A stretch of DNA of 64,000 nt, from assembly GCA_951406725.2 (NCBI GenBank), contig OX597816.1:4154001-4218000 (forward strand), read 5' to 3'. Below the pieces are notes generated by a model. It saw only the letters and a program-made list of their open reading frames with translations. It did not search any database and was not told the DNA's origin. The translations under genes were made by a program, and so were the position numbers. The DNA comes from Octopus vulgaris. Lineage: Eukaryota. Below, in pieces: positions 23,030-36,098 of this stretch (positions are counted from its first letter, which is position 1; each line of letters opens with the position of its first letter).

Positions 23030-23747
23030 GATTCAGTCGACCCTAGTGCGTAGCTGGTACTTAATTTATCGACCCCGAAACGATGAAAGGCAAAGTCGAC
23101 CTCGGCGGAATTTAAACTCAGAACGTAGCGGCAGACAAAATACCTATTTCTTTACTACCCACAAGGGGCTAAACACAGAGAGGACAAACAAGGACAGAAA
23201 AACGGATTAAGTCGATTATATCGACCCCAGTGCGTAGCTGGAACTTATTTATCGACCTCGAAAGGATGAAAGGCAAAGTCGACCTCGGCGGAATTTAAAC
23301 TCAGAACGTAGCGGCAGACGAAATACCTATTTCTTCACTACCCACAAGGGGCTAAACACAGAGAGGACAACCAAGGACAGACAAACGGATGAAGTCGATT
23401 ATATCGACCCCAGTGCGTAGCTGGTACTTATTAAATTGAACCCGAAAGGATGAAAGGCAAAGTCGACCTCGGCGAAATTTGAACTCAGAACGTAGCGGCA
23501 GACGAAACACCTATTTCTTTACTACCCACACAAGTCGCTAAACACAGAGTGGACAAACAAGGACAGACAAACGGATTAAGTCGATTATATCGACCCCAGT
23601 GCGTAACTGGTACTTAAGTTATCGACCCCGAAAGGATGAAAGGCAAAGTCGACCTCGGCGGAATTTGAACTCAGAACGTAACGGCAGACGAAATACGGCT
23701 ACGCATTTCGCTCGATGTGCTAACGTTTCTGCCAGCTCGCCGCCTTA
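23030..23747 (-). mobile_element. Nested/tandem array of SINE family A (one head, three ~181-bp body+tail units, final body)
   Basis: Unit cgaccccagtgcgtagctgg...gacgaaatacctatttctttactacccacaaggggctaaacacag... repeated three times. Confidence 0.9.
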
Positions 23748-25572
23748 TCGAAGTAAATTCTGGTGATAATTTCATTCAGCGTTAGATTACTTTTGCCATT
23801 TCACCGCGCCTCACACAAACAGCTTATCAACTATGCAGCGTCCAAATATAACAGAGTAAACTGTGTAATAAGCTATCAAATTCAAAAATCTTGTTAATCA
23901 AATATCTCTTTTCTGATTTCAAGTTCTGTGGTGTTCAGAGAACGCTAAATACTTAAGATATATCGCTGGTGATTTCTTACATTGGTAGATTACTTCAGCT
24001 TTGTTATGAAGGTGGTAGAGTCGATAAGCAATTACCAAAGAATATAGTTTACTGTCTACAACGAAAAGTGATAAAATCTCCACCTCTCTCTCTCTCAAAC
24101 TCAGAATACGAATCGTTAGATTCGCATTCGTAATGGCAACAAAACTTATCTAAGTTTTCCACGAACTATCTTGCTACAAAATACACTTGGAAACTTATCG
24201 ACCAGGGTGATAGGAAAAGTACAGGTACACTCAGCTTTGGAAGGTGTTGAAATGTGTTGAAATCAGATGACAAAATAGCTCAAAGCATTTAGTCTAAGAA
24301 TGGCTTTTGTCTCTGCTTCGCAAATATTCGCTATTACATATAAGAATTTTTCTCGAATTTCTGTTCTCATTAATTTCAATAATTTTATCTTCTATTCTGC
24401 AACTAAAATATGCCAATCTATATATTTTAAATAAGATCGTCTGCTTTCGAAATTTCCTGTCTCAAAATATTTGACACTGAATAATTAAGGGAGTTAGATT
24501 TTGTAAATGGATTTATTTGAATGAATGAAATAAACTCATTACTAATTTACGTACGTCTAATAAATATATAAACAGTATGTTGCATTCGATCTCACCATCG
24601 CTGCATGGATGATTATCATTTCAATAAACATAAATTAATAAGCTTGAAACTTAATATAAAATGAGAGGAAAATGGAAAATATGATGTCTAAATGTGAATT
24701 CATCTCGAGTTATCAGACGGAGGAACTGAATTTAAATTATTCGGCGTAAAATCACATCAAATTTGATGATACTAGAACATTACTGTAATTATAAATGTGT
24801 TGTTTTAGAGAAGCTAATTGTTTTATTTCCTCATTGTCTTCCTACTTAATGACAACAATATTTAATCTGTGTTTGTGTTGAATGAGTTCAACAGACAGAA
24901 GATGTAATTATGTGAGAAAAAGAGAGAAATGAATGGCTTTGATGTATTTACTTTATTTCCTCATCTTAAACCAACGAAATGTCCGGAGTTTCCACTGGTG
25001 ACACATCAAGACTTCTTTGTTTCCCTCTTACTAAACAAACATGGAGTTGGCTCAGTGTCTTACCACTGATTGCAGACTACATCAGATGACAGATCGATAT
25101 ATTAGCTCGTCGTTATTCTGATTCATCGATGAAAGAGCTAAACAGAATGTTTTTAATAATAATTCGATTTTTGTACTTGGTTTGCAAGGCTTTTTATGTG
25201 AATTCGAATGTTGAGACACACATGTGTGTGTTGGGAGGATCATTACGCCAATAATAATAATAACAACACACGCACTAGTTCACTATCATTTCTTTATTGT
25301 TAGTCAATTATTAGCCAGACTTCAAATCCAGAAACGTGACACAAAATGACAAGCATTTTTTAACGTCGGACAGGTTCTTTTCTAAATGACCTTTTGAGTT
25401 CTAGATCCACGTAATGCTTTCAACAGACAATAATTTATTCTACAGCAAATGGTTTTCATCTGAACTTCCAGGACGGATTGAGATCGGTTATTGATAGAAA
25501 GTTTCCTTCTAATTTACCCTTGGTTTCATCTTTTACAATTAAAGTTTTCCATCCTTCAACCCTCAGTTGTAT

Positions 25573-25648
25573 TTCTTCTTCTTCTTCTTCTTCTTCTTCT
25601 TCTTCTTCTTCTTCTTCTTCTTCTTCTTCTTCTTCTTCTTCTTCTTCC
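25573..25648. repeat. (TTC)n microsatellite
   Basis: Direct inspection. Confidence 0.95.
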
Positions 25649-25694
25649 ATATATATATATGCATACATACATACAAAGATACATATATAAATAC

Positions 25695-25753
<59 letters not shown>

Positions 25754-25773
25754 CAGTATATATATATGAATAC

Positions 25774-25848
<75 letters not shown>

Positions 25849-26270
25849 ATATAAAGTAAAACTATCGAAGCTCTTATAATAGCAGTAGTTGTTATTTAGT
25901 ATGACTGGTTGAAGTGGTTGCGCTGACGGCCTTCAGACGTTTTCCGATGACATTGATGCTGTTAATGCAGTAACGGTTGCAAATCGATGGTTGCAGGAGA
26001 GGTATTGGCAGTGGGGAGAGGGGGGGGGAGTGCAAACAGCCGATATTGTCTCGATGAGGCTGGGGGGGGGGTGAGGCTTGAGGAGGGACACAAAGCGTTT
26101 GATGAAAGGAGGAAAAGAAAAGGTGAGTTGGGAGATCGCAAATAGAAGTGGTCAGAAAAGAAGTAGTTGCGATAAGAAACAAATGTATTTGCTGTAAAGA
26201 GGTAACAGCACAATTATAAGTTAAAGGCTAGACCAGATTTGGAAGTGGTTTTAAGTTAAATCAGTTAATA

Positions 26271-26807
26271 CAGGTTGTTCAAAATGTCTCTCCGCAGTGA
26301 ATTTTTTCAAGACACCATCAACACCGAGAGATATTGTTCAAATATTCTCCATCCATTTGTAGGCCAACTCACTGAAAGTGAAATTAATAATGCATACTGA
26401 TGGAGCTACAACACATATTTCGTGTATTACCATGGCGCTTCTTCAAGAGTTTTTCGGCGAACGGATTATTTTTAAAGGATTTTGGTCAGCAAGATCACAT
26501 GATTTAACATCGCCAGACATTTTTTTCTATGGAGCAAGTGAAGGATCAGTGTACAAGAATCGCCCGTAAACCATTAATGAGCTAAAAGACGCAATGGGAT
26601 CCTTCACACGGTCCATACCACGTCAGCCTCCCCAAGATGTATTTCATAACATGAGTAGAAGAGTGAACTTATGCATTGAAAATGAAGGACAACATTTTCA
26701 GCACCTCTTATAAAGGTTTTTAAAGTTCTTTTGTAGTCTTATACCATCTTAGAAATATTTATTTTGCAATAAAACACTTACTGCCGAGAGACTCTTTGAA
26801 CACCCTG
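26271..26807 (+). mobile_element. Internally deleted Tc1/mariner-superfamily transposon (C-terminal catalytic domain pseudogene)
   Basis: TIRs caggttgttcaaaatgtctctc / gagagactctttgaacaccctg; DGATTH...FFGERII...WSARSHDLTSPDIFF...TINELKDA...CIENEGQHFQHLL*. Confidence 0.9.
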
Positions 26808-27769
26808 TTCCTGTATTTCTGTTTATTTTACGACAGAATGTGAGATATTTCATCTCTACTTTGCTTCAGATGGCTTTCTTTGTCCCATTTTCTGCTGTTA
26901 GCGTTAGGCCTGACTCATCGTAAAACAAATGCCACCATGAGAGATATCCAAACTACAGTGGAAAAGGCAAACCACTGGATTTGGTTAAAAAGAGACGATG
27001 GGCGATGGCTAGAAGGATATTGAGCTATACTTGATAGCCAGTTGATCTAGCAAGCCGGGCCTCATGCCAGTGAGGGGTTGGGCGGCGGTTTGTAATGATG
27101 CCGTCGAGAAGTAGGCCTCGAAACGGCGCGCATTCTCTCCTGATGACCTCATACACTTGCTGGCTTCCGGTATGTGGAGTTTTTGACTGGTAGCACTTGC
27201 ATGTGCAAGTTATTTGCAAATCATCATCTTTATCCCACCTTTTATATTGGAATATAAGATGTACAAAACGATTTCCTTTAGTCTATATCTATTTGACGCG
27301 TCTCATGTAATCGGGTATAGTGTATATGTGTAAGCTGACTAACGTTGGATACATCAACGTTACTAAGCCATGTCAATTTGGGTTTGATTTCCGTGTAATG
27401 TTTTAAATATTCTTTAAATTGTTTCCGTTTGATTTAGTTGGATTAATTAATCATCAAGATTCGCAGTTTATATAAAGTTAACAGGAAAATAAAGCATTGT
27501 ACGTATAGTTATTATATATTATTATATTATATTCGTATGAATATTAAATCATGTATAATTTACTTCTTCAGTAAAACATACGATTAACGGAAGACGCCGA
27601 GCAACATTCATTCGCCATCAAACCAACAATGGTTGCCTTATTTCAGCAACTTTCTTTTTCATTCAGTCTTCGATCTGGCTGGACAACAATTTCCGGCCAG
27701 ACAGACAGGTCACTGAATACAAAACGTCGCTCGCTTGACCTCATTTCGGATGATTTTCCTGAGTAACCA

Positions 27770-27912
27770 TCTAAAACCCAGGTACAACTGACTGGACTGA
27801 AGCAACTTGCAATGAAATTTTTTTGCTCAAGGACACAACGCCCAACCAAATTGAACCGATGAGCTCGTGATCGGGAGTTATCGATGTTAGCCACTAGCTA
27901 TGCGACTTCACC
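27770..27912 (-). mobile_element. Degenerate tRNA/CORE-like SINE head (family D-like)
   Basis: Minus strand tagctagtgg...gttgtgtccttgagcaa...gttgcttcagtccagtcag. Confidence 0.6.
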
Positions 27913-28893
27913 TCAATAAATGTTATGAATAACAAGGTACTGTCTTGAGAATTTGAATTATGTTATAGCTTCGATCCTTAGTAAAACATTTGAGGCATGG
28001 CACTAATTGTATAAACCATTGAAGGGACGATTTTCGTTTCTCGTTAAACTTGATGATGTGAATTTGTTAGGATTTTTTGAATATTTTGCTTGGATACAGC
28101 GAAGCTGTAACAAGGTGTCAAGTAAAAAAAAGAAAAAATTGAAGAAATAAAAAAGACCAAAAATACTGTTAATCGTTTTCAAGAAGAAGAAAAATTGTGG
28201 TTTGGATAGAGAAATTTTGATTTTTATCTGATCGCAACTGAAAATACATTCAACATTTTAAAAGCCTCTTTACTTCATTCTCACGCTAAAGGCCTCAGGG
28301 AAATTGTGAACGTCACACTTCTCTTGTTGTCTACTTTAGATTACAAACTGCACGTGCTTTATTAAAATGTTAATTTTTTATCGACCAAACAACACTTTAG
28401 CCAATGGTAATTAAAATAATGTTTTTCATTAGGATGAGGCCACAAATGTGTTCAATGGTTTTTGTTTTTAAACTTTGCCTTTCTAAGTTCAATGATTACT
28501 AGATTTTTATTCAAAACATTTCATTATGTTGCGAAACCACGCCTTCTATAATTACTTCACAGTTATAATTAACGTCACAAGCAGATTATTGGCCATTGTA
28601 TTTAATTTCGTACATAATTAAAGGCAATAAAATATTGCTTTGCTTGAAAAGATTATAAAACCATATTTCACTCCGCCACGAACCATTCTTCGCCCGTACA
28701 TCGTAAACTGAAGAGACAACCTTGTTACAAGGCAGACTCATGTGTTATTAAACCCACAAGAGGTAAGAAAGAAAATATAGGCATTTGGGGATACGTAGAT
28801 ATGTGATGTTACGATAGATGAATCGGGTGCGAGATGATAAAACCCACATTGTGACCAAAGAACGGAATGTAAATCAACAGAATATAAGTTGAA

Positions 28894-29123
28894 GTAGACG
28901 ATGTGGTCGCGAGACCGACTCGGTTTCGGACTATAAATGCCCATCCTCAGTCGCAAACACCCGACGCTAGAGACATGGCCAGCGCCCGCTCCAGCTCCCA
29001 ATATATAGAATGATAAAAGCGAGACTGTACCCCGTATCTTTCTCCCTAGCGACCGGGTGTTCGCAACTGGAGATAGGTAGAAACAGCCCAAAACCAAGTC
29101 GGTCTCCCGACCTGGTCGTCTAC
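28894..29123. mobile_element. Short palindromic element with ~80-bp inverted arms, each a hammerhead-type sequence
   Basis: Arms 28894-28972 and 29043-29123 are reverse complements with scattered mismatches. Confidence 0.75.
28907..28956 (-). ncRNA. Type-I hammerhead ribozyme (complete core and stems)
   Basis: Minus strand ttgcga-CTGAGGA-t-gggc-atttata-gtcc-GAAA-ccg-agt-cgg-TC-tcgcga. Confidence 0.8.
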
Positions 29124-29318
29124 TGGAGGATGGTAGAAGTTCGCTCCCCTGACTGCAATATATACAGGGTGCAGACTGCTCTTATAACCAGCGGACGAAA
29201 GATCTGCCTGGGGTTAAAACGGTAGTATCATCGAACAGTCTTATTGATGCGGCAATAAAATTTACTTAGCAGTATACATACTACTTTCATCTCTTATTAA
29301 GATTTTCCAACTGGCTAC

Positions 29319-29363
<45 letters not shown>

Positions 29364-29818
29364 TATGTCACAGTATACAATATGTGGGCGTTTTTTTTTT
29401 TTTTATTTTCTTTTTTCTTTTTTCTTTTTTCTTTTTTCTTCTCTTCTCTTTCCTTTTCTTTTCTTTGCTCCACAAAATTCCTTCAGCCTTTAGAAGTCAT
29501 AACAGAGCAGTTTTGTGAAGAGAACAGTAATGTGGCAAATACCTTATAATATAGCATGAAATTATACCCACCTCATTGTGGATTAACCATGGATAAATTC
29601 ATCGTCTGTGAGTATGAAATACCTCCTCATATCTCTGGAAATTTACACCTACACTATGGATGGATTAAACTTCTCTGTGAAGCTAATAAGCTTTTTTAAA
29701 ACCTGTGATAAGACTGTGCATCATCATTAAAGAACTTTGGAAGTCTGTTTACAACCTGAATCTGCTTTTAATGAAATAATCTCCAATACTTCATGAGTGT
29801 AGCCTCACCCACTATGTG

Positions 29819-29909
29819 TTTTAGCTGATGAGTACGGGACACTTTTATCTGCTGCAATATTTGCAACTTTTAATAAAGCCTGTCTTTGTATGAAACAATT
29901 GTACTAAAA
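29819..29909 (+). ncRNA. Type-I hammerhead ribozyme with extended stem II (PLE type)
   Basis: ttttag-CTGATGA-gtacg...tgtat-GAAA-caattg-TA-ctaaaa; 6-bp stem I, palindromic stem III. Confidence 0.72.
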
Positions 29910-29939
29910 AACTAATCCATTCTTGTTGCTTCTTTTCTC

Positions 29940-30070
<131 letters not shown>

Positions 30071-30072
30071 TA

Positions 30073-30410
30073 TGTGAAGGCGCATGGCTCAGTGGTTAGA
30101 GCGTCGAGCTTACGATCGTGAGGTTGTGAGCTCGAATCCTGGACCGGGCTCCGTGTTGTGTTCTTGAGCAAGGCACTTTATTTCACGTTGCTCCAGTTCA
30201 CTCAGCTGTAGAAATGAGTTGCGACGTCACTAGTGCCAAGCTGTATCGACCTTTGTCTTTCCCTTGGATAACACTGGTGGCGTGGAGAGGGGAGGCTGGT
30301 ATGCATGGGCGACTGCTGGTCTTCCATAAACAACCTTGCCCGGACTTGTGTCTAGGAGGGTAACTTTCTAGGTGCAATCCCATGGTCATTCATGACCGAA
30401 GGGGTCTTTT
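30073..30410 (+). mobile_element. SINE family D (tRNA head, CORE-like domain)
   Basis: tggctcagtggttagagc, tcgaatcc, gtgttgtgttcttgagcaaggcactttatttcacgttgctccag. Confidence 0.85.
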
Positions 30411-30652
30411 ATAAATAGGTACTAGATTATCCGATTCTGGATTGTTCATTTATCCAATATTCTACCTAGAGGTAAGATGAATTTTTTAATGTTCGCTGCC
30501 CGCACACCGCTTTGCCAGTATATATAGAGTGAAGCTTTACTATAGCGGCGTAAAATTATCGACTGCTATTTCCAGTAAACATTGGTGTCTTGTTGTACCA
30601 CTATTCTCTCTCTTTCACTCTCACTCTTTCTCTCTCTCTTTATATATATATA

Positions 30653-30720
<68 letters not shown>

Positions 30721-30868
30721 GGTAAAATATTAAAACAATTTATTACCAGTGGTTCGCATGCTTAATAAAAGTCATAAGACTTTTACATAACATATTTTAT
30801 ATGTAAGAGTGTATAACGACTTACGCACAGAGAATCCTGCCAAGGGTCTTCTCTCTGTGTATAAATCG

Positions 30869-30917
<49 letters not shown>

Positions 30918-31224
30918 AACACAAACACAAACAATATCAGCATCGAAGATATCTGTAAGTCATTCAAGAATACACAAAAACCGTTAGTTTCACTTTAACA
31001 TAAATGTTTAAGTGACATCGATGTTTCGTCATCTTTGTGACTTGCCAGTACCACGAATCCGAAACGAGGCCTGATACTTATGTTACTTTTATGTTTTGCT
31101 GAACCGCTATGTTACAAACACCGCTTGTGAAGTGGCGGTAGGGGACAAGCACCTCACAAATACATACATATATACATACATACATACATACATACATACA
31201 TACATACATACATACATACATACA

Positions 31225-31273
<49 letters not shown>

Positions 31274-31632
31274 GGTGAGTTTACGAAAAAATAAAAGACG
31301 AAGACAGGTGGTGTATAAGACAAACAGAAGTATTAGTATAACTCTCAGAAAATTGAAAAAGTCTTTTACATTTCGAGCCTACGCTCTTATACAGAAAGGG
31401 ACACAGAAAAAACACGAGGGGAGAAAAATATGTGTGTAGTGGCTACCGATATATATATATATGTATGTATACAGCGGGCTTCTTTCAGCTTCCTCTAACC
31501 AAAACCACTCATAAGGCTTTGGTCAACTCGTGGCTATCTTAGATCTGGTTGGGAAGCAAACTTTTTACCACGCAGCCACGACTGTACTCATGCAAATTTG
31601 TGTGTGCGTGCATGCGTGCGCGAGTGTGTATG

Positions 31633-31677
<45 letters not shown>

Positions 31678-31858
31678 CGAATTCAGAAATATAAAACTCT
31701 TGAACACAAGCACTCTGCACATTCAAATTTACTAAATATTTGCATTCCCATCTGTCAGCGAATCTAGAAAGATAAAAGATTGGGTTTGTTTGAAGTTATC
31801 TTACATTCCGCTTAAGCATGCAAGAAGCGAGAGAGAGAAGGAGAGAGAGAGAGAGAAA

Positions 31859-31900
<42 letters not shown>

Positions 31901-32088
31901 AACAAAGAAAGAGGGGAGAAAGAGAGAGAGAGTGAAGAAAGAGACAGACATAGGAAGAGTATAAGAAAGGAATGAGAAAACTTGAAAAACTATCTATTCC
32001 TGGAGTGTTGGAGGAAAATTTATAGGACAAAAATCCCAAGTAGAAAAATAAGAAAAACAGGAATGAGGATATTAAAATTATGGCAAAA

Positions 32089-32480
32089 CTAGCAGTATCG
32101 CCCGGTGTTGCTCGGGTTTATTTCGACCCTTTAGAATTGGAATTTTTGAAAAGTAAAAATTTTGCATCATGAAGCTTGTTATTCTCTTTAAGTGAACATT
32201 TTTTTGGTTGAAATACACCGAAAAATTGCGACACAGTTGTCAAAAATTCGTAAAAAATAGGGATTTTCATAGAAAAAAACCCACCTTTTTGATGTAAATA
32301 AGTTTTGGTGTTAACATGGTCCGATTTGAATTTTTCTTCTACGGAAGGAAGAGCAAGCCTTCTTCTATCATACTCTCAATTTTGGTCAGCTTGCGCCGCA
32401 GGTTCTCGGAGGAGATAGTATTATATGAAGGCTACCAAATCTGCCATACACAGATAACTTCAGCTTTATATATAGAGAGA
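32089..32480 (-). mobile_element. Non-autonomous Helitron
   Basis: Minus strand a|TCtctctatatataaagctgaag ... acccgagcaacaccgggcgatactgCTAG|t. Confidence 0.85.
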
Positions 32481-32577
32481 TTACATTAAAGTTTAAAATC
32501 AATGTGGTACAAAATCGTGAGTTGAACAAAAAGTTCACAAAGGAACATTTAAGAGATATTATATATATATATATATA

Positions 32578-33489
32578 CTAGCAGAGATACCCGGCGTTGC
32601 CCGTGTTACATGCAATAAATGTCTCTAAATAAAAGTGGTTTATGATGATGTGCCAAGGACTTAATATGAATGTTTTCTCGTGAATGCGAAAGGTCAAGAT
32701 CTCTGATTTAGTGTTAGGATAAAAGTCTGATTACTGCAAAAGTCTCGGGGAAATATATATTTCTCTGCTATGCAGAGTTTGCGTTTCTTGGTGGCATTTA
32801 CGAACGGTCAGAATTGTCTGGCGGTTTTCCGGCCGATGCCAATGGTTGATCCATTTTCTTTTAGATGACTAGTGAAGCTTGTTAAACTTTGCATATTTCG
32901 TTTTCGATATTCTCGAATGAAGTAGTTTGGAGGTGGAATCTCCACTGTAAGTATATTTCGGTCAGTCTGATGTAGCGATTTACGTGAGATTTAGCGTTTG
33001 CACACGTTGAGTTGAATTTTGCCCGTAAAACTTGGTTTTGATGTTAAATGATCCTTTTAGGAGCCTGCTGTAATCTCCCTATAGGAAAATTCAGTTTTAG
33101 CACTAGGGGTTTCTTTGGTATAATTTATTTCATATTATGGGTGCAGCTACCTTAACTGTTTGTCTAGTGAAGGATTTTCTGTAATAGTCAACTTTATTGA
33201 GGAAATGTCTATCTATCAAATCTCGGAAGGTTTTATCTATATCAAAAGCAATGATGAGGGAGTGTAAATTAAAAGACTTCCTACACCTCATTCATTTAGT
33301 GGTTGGTGTGTACGTATGTGAACATGTGTGTATACTTGCATGTTTGTGGAGGGGCGATTTATACATTTATTAGCGCATTATAGACCAATAGCTGTTTCTG
33401 ATATATTTGCGGCGTTCATGGTTCATTTTATTCAGTCGATTGATTGATCGATTGAAATTATAGTGAGGGACCGATACAATGTTACTGTC

Positions 33490-33490
<1 letters not shown>
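32578..33490 (-). mobile_element. Non-autonomous Helitron (5' boundary approximate)
   Basis: Minus-strand 3' end cgggcaacgccgggtatctctgCTAG|t, same as at 15634. Confidence 0.65.
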
Positions 33491-33521
<31 letters not shown>

Positions 33522-33522
<1 letters not shown>

Positions 33523-33797
33523 GATAAGTAAAATATTTTATTCTCAAATGCAGGATAATGTTAATAATAGAGCATGAACATGATAAACTATCCACATTTT
33601 GCAGAAAAATCTGTCGGTGGCCAGCTATGAGACTCGAACTCAAACCCCTGTGATTACGCATCAAGTGCTTTACCATTAAGCTAAACTCTCTCAACGACAA
33701 ATTCTTCTGCAAATTTAGGACATATAAATCTAGCTTTGTAAGATGCTATATTATTATCATTATCCTGCGTTTGAGAATAAAATTATTTCTTTATCTT
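33522..33797 (-). mobile_element. tRNA-like head flanked by inverted tail copies
   Basis: Minus-strand A box tagcttaatgg, B box gttcgagtc; inverted arms 33522-33575 / 33743-33797. Confidence 0.6.
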
Positions 33798-34149
33798 TCA
33801 ATACATCTCAACGCTTCTAAAGCAAACTTTGTTGACTTTCAACATAAGTTGAATTTAATACATATATACGACGCGCCTCTTTCAGTTTTCGTCAACCAAA
33901 TCTACGCACAGTGCTTTGGTCGGGTTGCCCAAGGTGCCATGAACTGAATCCAGAACCATATTGTTGGGAAGCAACCTTCTTACCACATTGCTACGCCTGC
34001 ACCTATAATATGATCAGAACTTTCATATTTGCCAACGACGTTCTATATATCATGTTCATCATTAATATTAGTTGTTTCTTGGCGGGATTAGATGTTTATA
34101 AAATCATTATATTAAATATTAGTATTAATACTGTTTTAAAATTAATGTA

Positions 34150-34560
34150 GAAGGCCAACAATTTCGGGCATGAGGCCAGTCGGTTACAATAGACCCCAGT
34201 GATTCATTTCTACTAGTTTTATCGAAACCTTCCACTACCGAAAGGATGAACAGCAAATTCGACCAGAGCAGAATTTGAACTCAAAACGTAAAGACGGAAG
34301 AAATGCCACTGACTATTTTGCCCGGTGCGGTAACGATTCTGCCAGCTTGCCACCGTCTGTTAGTATTAATATTAATTTATAGTTTTTTATAAAGCGGTAC
34401 GCTGGCACAATCGTTTCTGCTTCGGGTGAAATATTTAGTAGCATTTCGTTCGTCGTTACGTTCTGAGTTCAAATTCTGGCGAGGTCGATAAGAACTGTTT
34501 GAGTTGTAGCATCGATTCTATCGACTTACGCTCAACTCTGAAATTGTGAACCTTTTGCAA
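34150..34560. mobile_element. Two degenerate family A SINEs, head-to-head
   Basis: Minus copy 34150-34355 and plus copy 34392-34560. Confidence 0.7.
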
Positions 34561-34574
34561 AGATTGAGACGTAA

Positions 34575-34992
34575 GCGCAGGAGTGGCTGTGTGGTAAGTA
34601 GCTTGCTTTCTAACCACATGGTTTTGGGTTCAGTCCCACTACGTGGCACCTAGGGGAAATGTCTTCCACTATAGCCTCGGGCCGACCAAAGCATTGTGAA
34701 TGGATTTGGTAGACGGAAACTGAAAGAAGCCCGTCGTATATATATGTATGTATATGTATATATATATGCATGTATGTGTTTGTGTGTCTGTGTTTGTCCC
34801 CCCATCATCACTTGACAACCGATGCTGGTGTGTTTATGTCCCCGTAACTTAGCCGCAACTTAGCGGTTCGGCAAAAGAGACCGTTAGAATAAGTACTAGG
34901 CTTACAAAGAATAAGACCTGGGGGCGATTTTCTCGACTAAAGGCGGTGCTCCAGCATGGCCGCAGTCAAATGACTGAAACAAGTAAAAGAGT
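34575..34992 (+). mobile_element. SINE family B, full length
   Basis: Homology to other family B copies. Confidence 0.9.
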
Positions 34993-35139
34993 AATACCAA
35001 AGAATTAGAATTAATATTAATTTTTCGATTTGTGTAACACTTTTAGATACGTTTTTTACGAGATTTAAGATAATGTACGCATGCGTTCTATAGTTTCTTA
35101 GCTTTTCATTCATATAACTCACATATAAGATAATTTAGA

Positions 35140-35665
35140 AATTCTCCTCAAACGAAACACGAGTTGAAGAAATAAAGCAAATTGTAGCCAACAACGAGAT
35201 TTCTAGCTAACAGATAATCTCAGCAATAAAACAATAAATGAAAGGAATACACAACAAAACCACATCACATACCGCACCTATAAAGAATAGACATCAAGAG
35301 TATTTTATTAATCACATACTTCTTGACTCTACAAGAGATGAATGCATTATCAAAAAGCTCGTAAAACAGGTAACTAAATGCATTGCAACAAATGATAAAT
35401 TAACGATAATTATATACCACAGGAACATTAAAATTAAAGACTTCTTATCAGCCATAAACCACAAGCGTATACATCCACAAAAAAAGCTACTAATGAGCAA
35501 CGTGATATAAACCTAAAGTCTCTAACAGGTATTTGGGCCATATATATACGACACTTACTCGCCAGCTCACTATGCACTTACAACAACAAAAAATTGCAAG
35601 GCACGGCGCTACACATCACAAAACAAATCTAGACAGGAAAATACCAACGGGCAACACATTATGAT
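35140..35665 (+). pseudogene. Penelope-like element ORF remnant (linker plus GIY-YIG endonuclease)
   Basis: DECIIKKLV...KLTIIIYHRNIK...SNVI followed by RYLGHIYTTLTRQLTMHLQ...IARH...H, matching NVVY...YIGxTxTTLxRRLTxH. Confidence 0.72.
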
Positions 35666-36027
35666 GTACAGAGTCAGCAACGCCAGAAAAAGCAATGCTA
35701 ACTCGTGTCAGACAATAAATGGAAAAAGTAATTAAATGTTTGTGTGATTCCATGACTGAGCGGGGCAGGTCTAAGGCAGTTATAGACGTTACACCAAGCA
35801 GATTCAACCCTTCCGGACAGGTTTCACAAGAATAGCCAGATAAAAAGAGTACCTGGTCCGCCACTATGAACGTTGGAAGTTCGGGGTAGCAACTTCCTTT
35901 TATAATATCTGCAACATATGGAAACATACCGTTGCAACCTTATGTTACCCAGGGAATCAGTTCAGTAAATTTTCAGCTAAAATAATGGGCTCTAATATTA
36001 GTATGCCAATGTGAGTGTGTGTGTGTG

Positions 36028-36098
<71 letters not shown>

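Noticed and set aside
23030-23747. Regularly spaced repeats suggestive of a CRISPR array
   Set aside because: The whole ~181-bp unit repeats with no unique spacers, it is SINE sequence, and there are no cas genes in this eukaryotic context.
27112-27155. GAAA...CTGATGA as a type-II hammerhead
   Set aside because: Stems I, II and III cannot be paired convincingly.
35660-36000. 103-aa minus-strand ORF 35616-35927
   Set aside because: No family motif recognised; the sequence looks like non-coding repeat.
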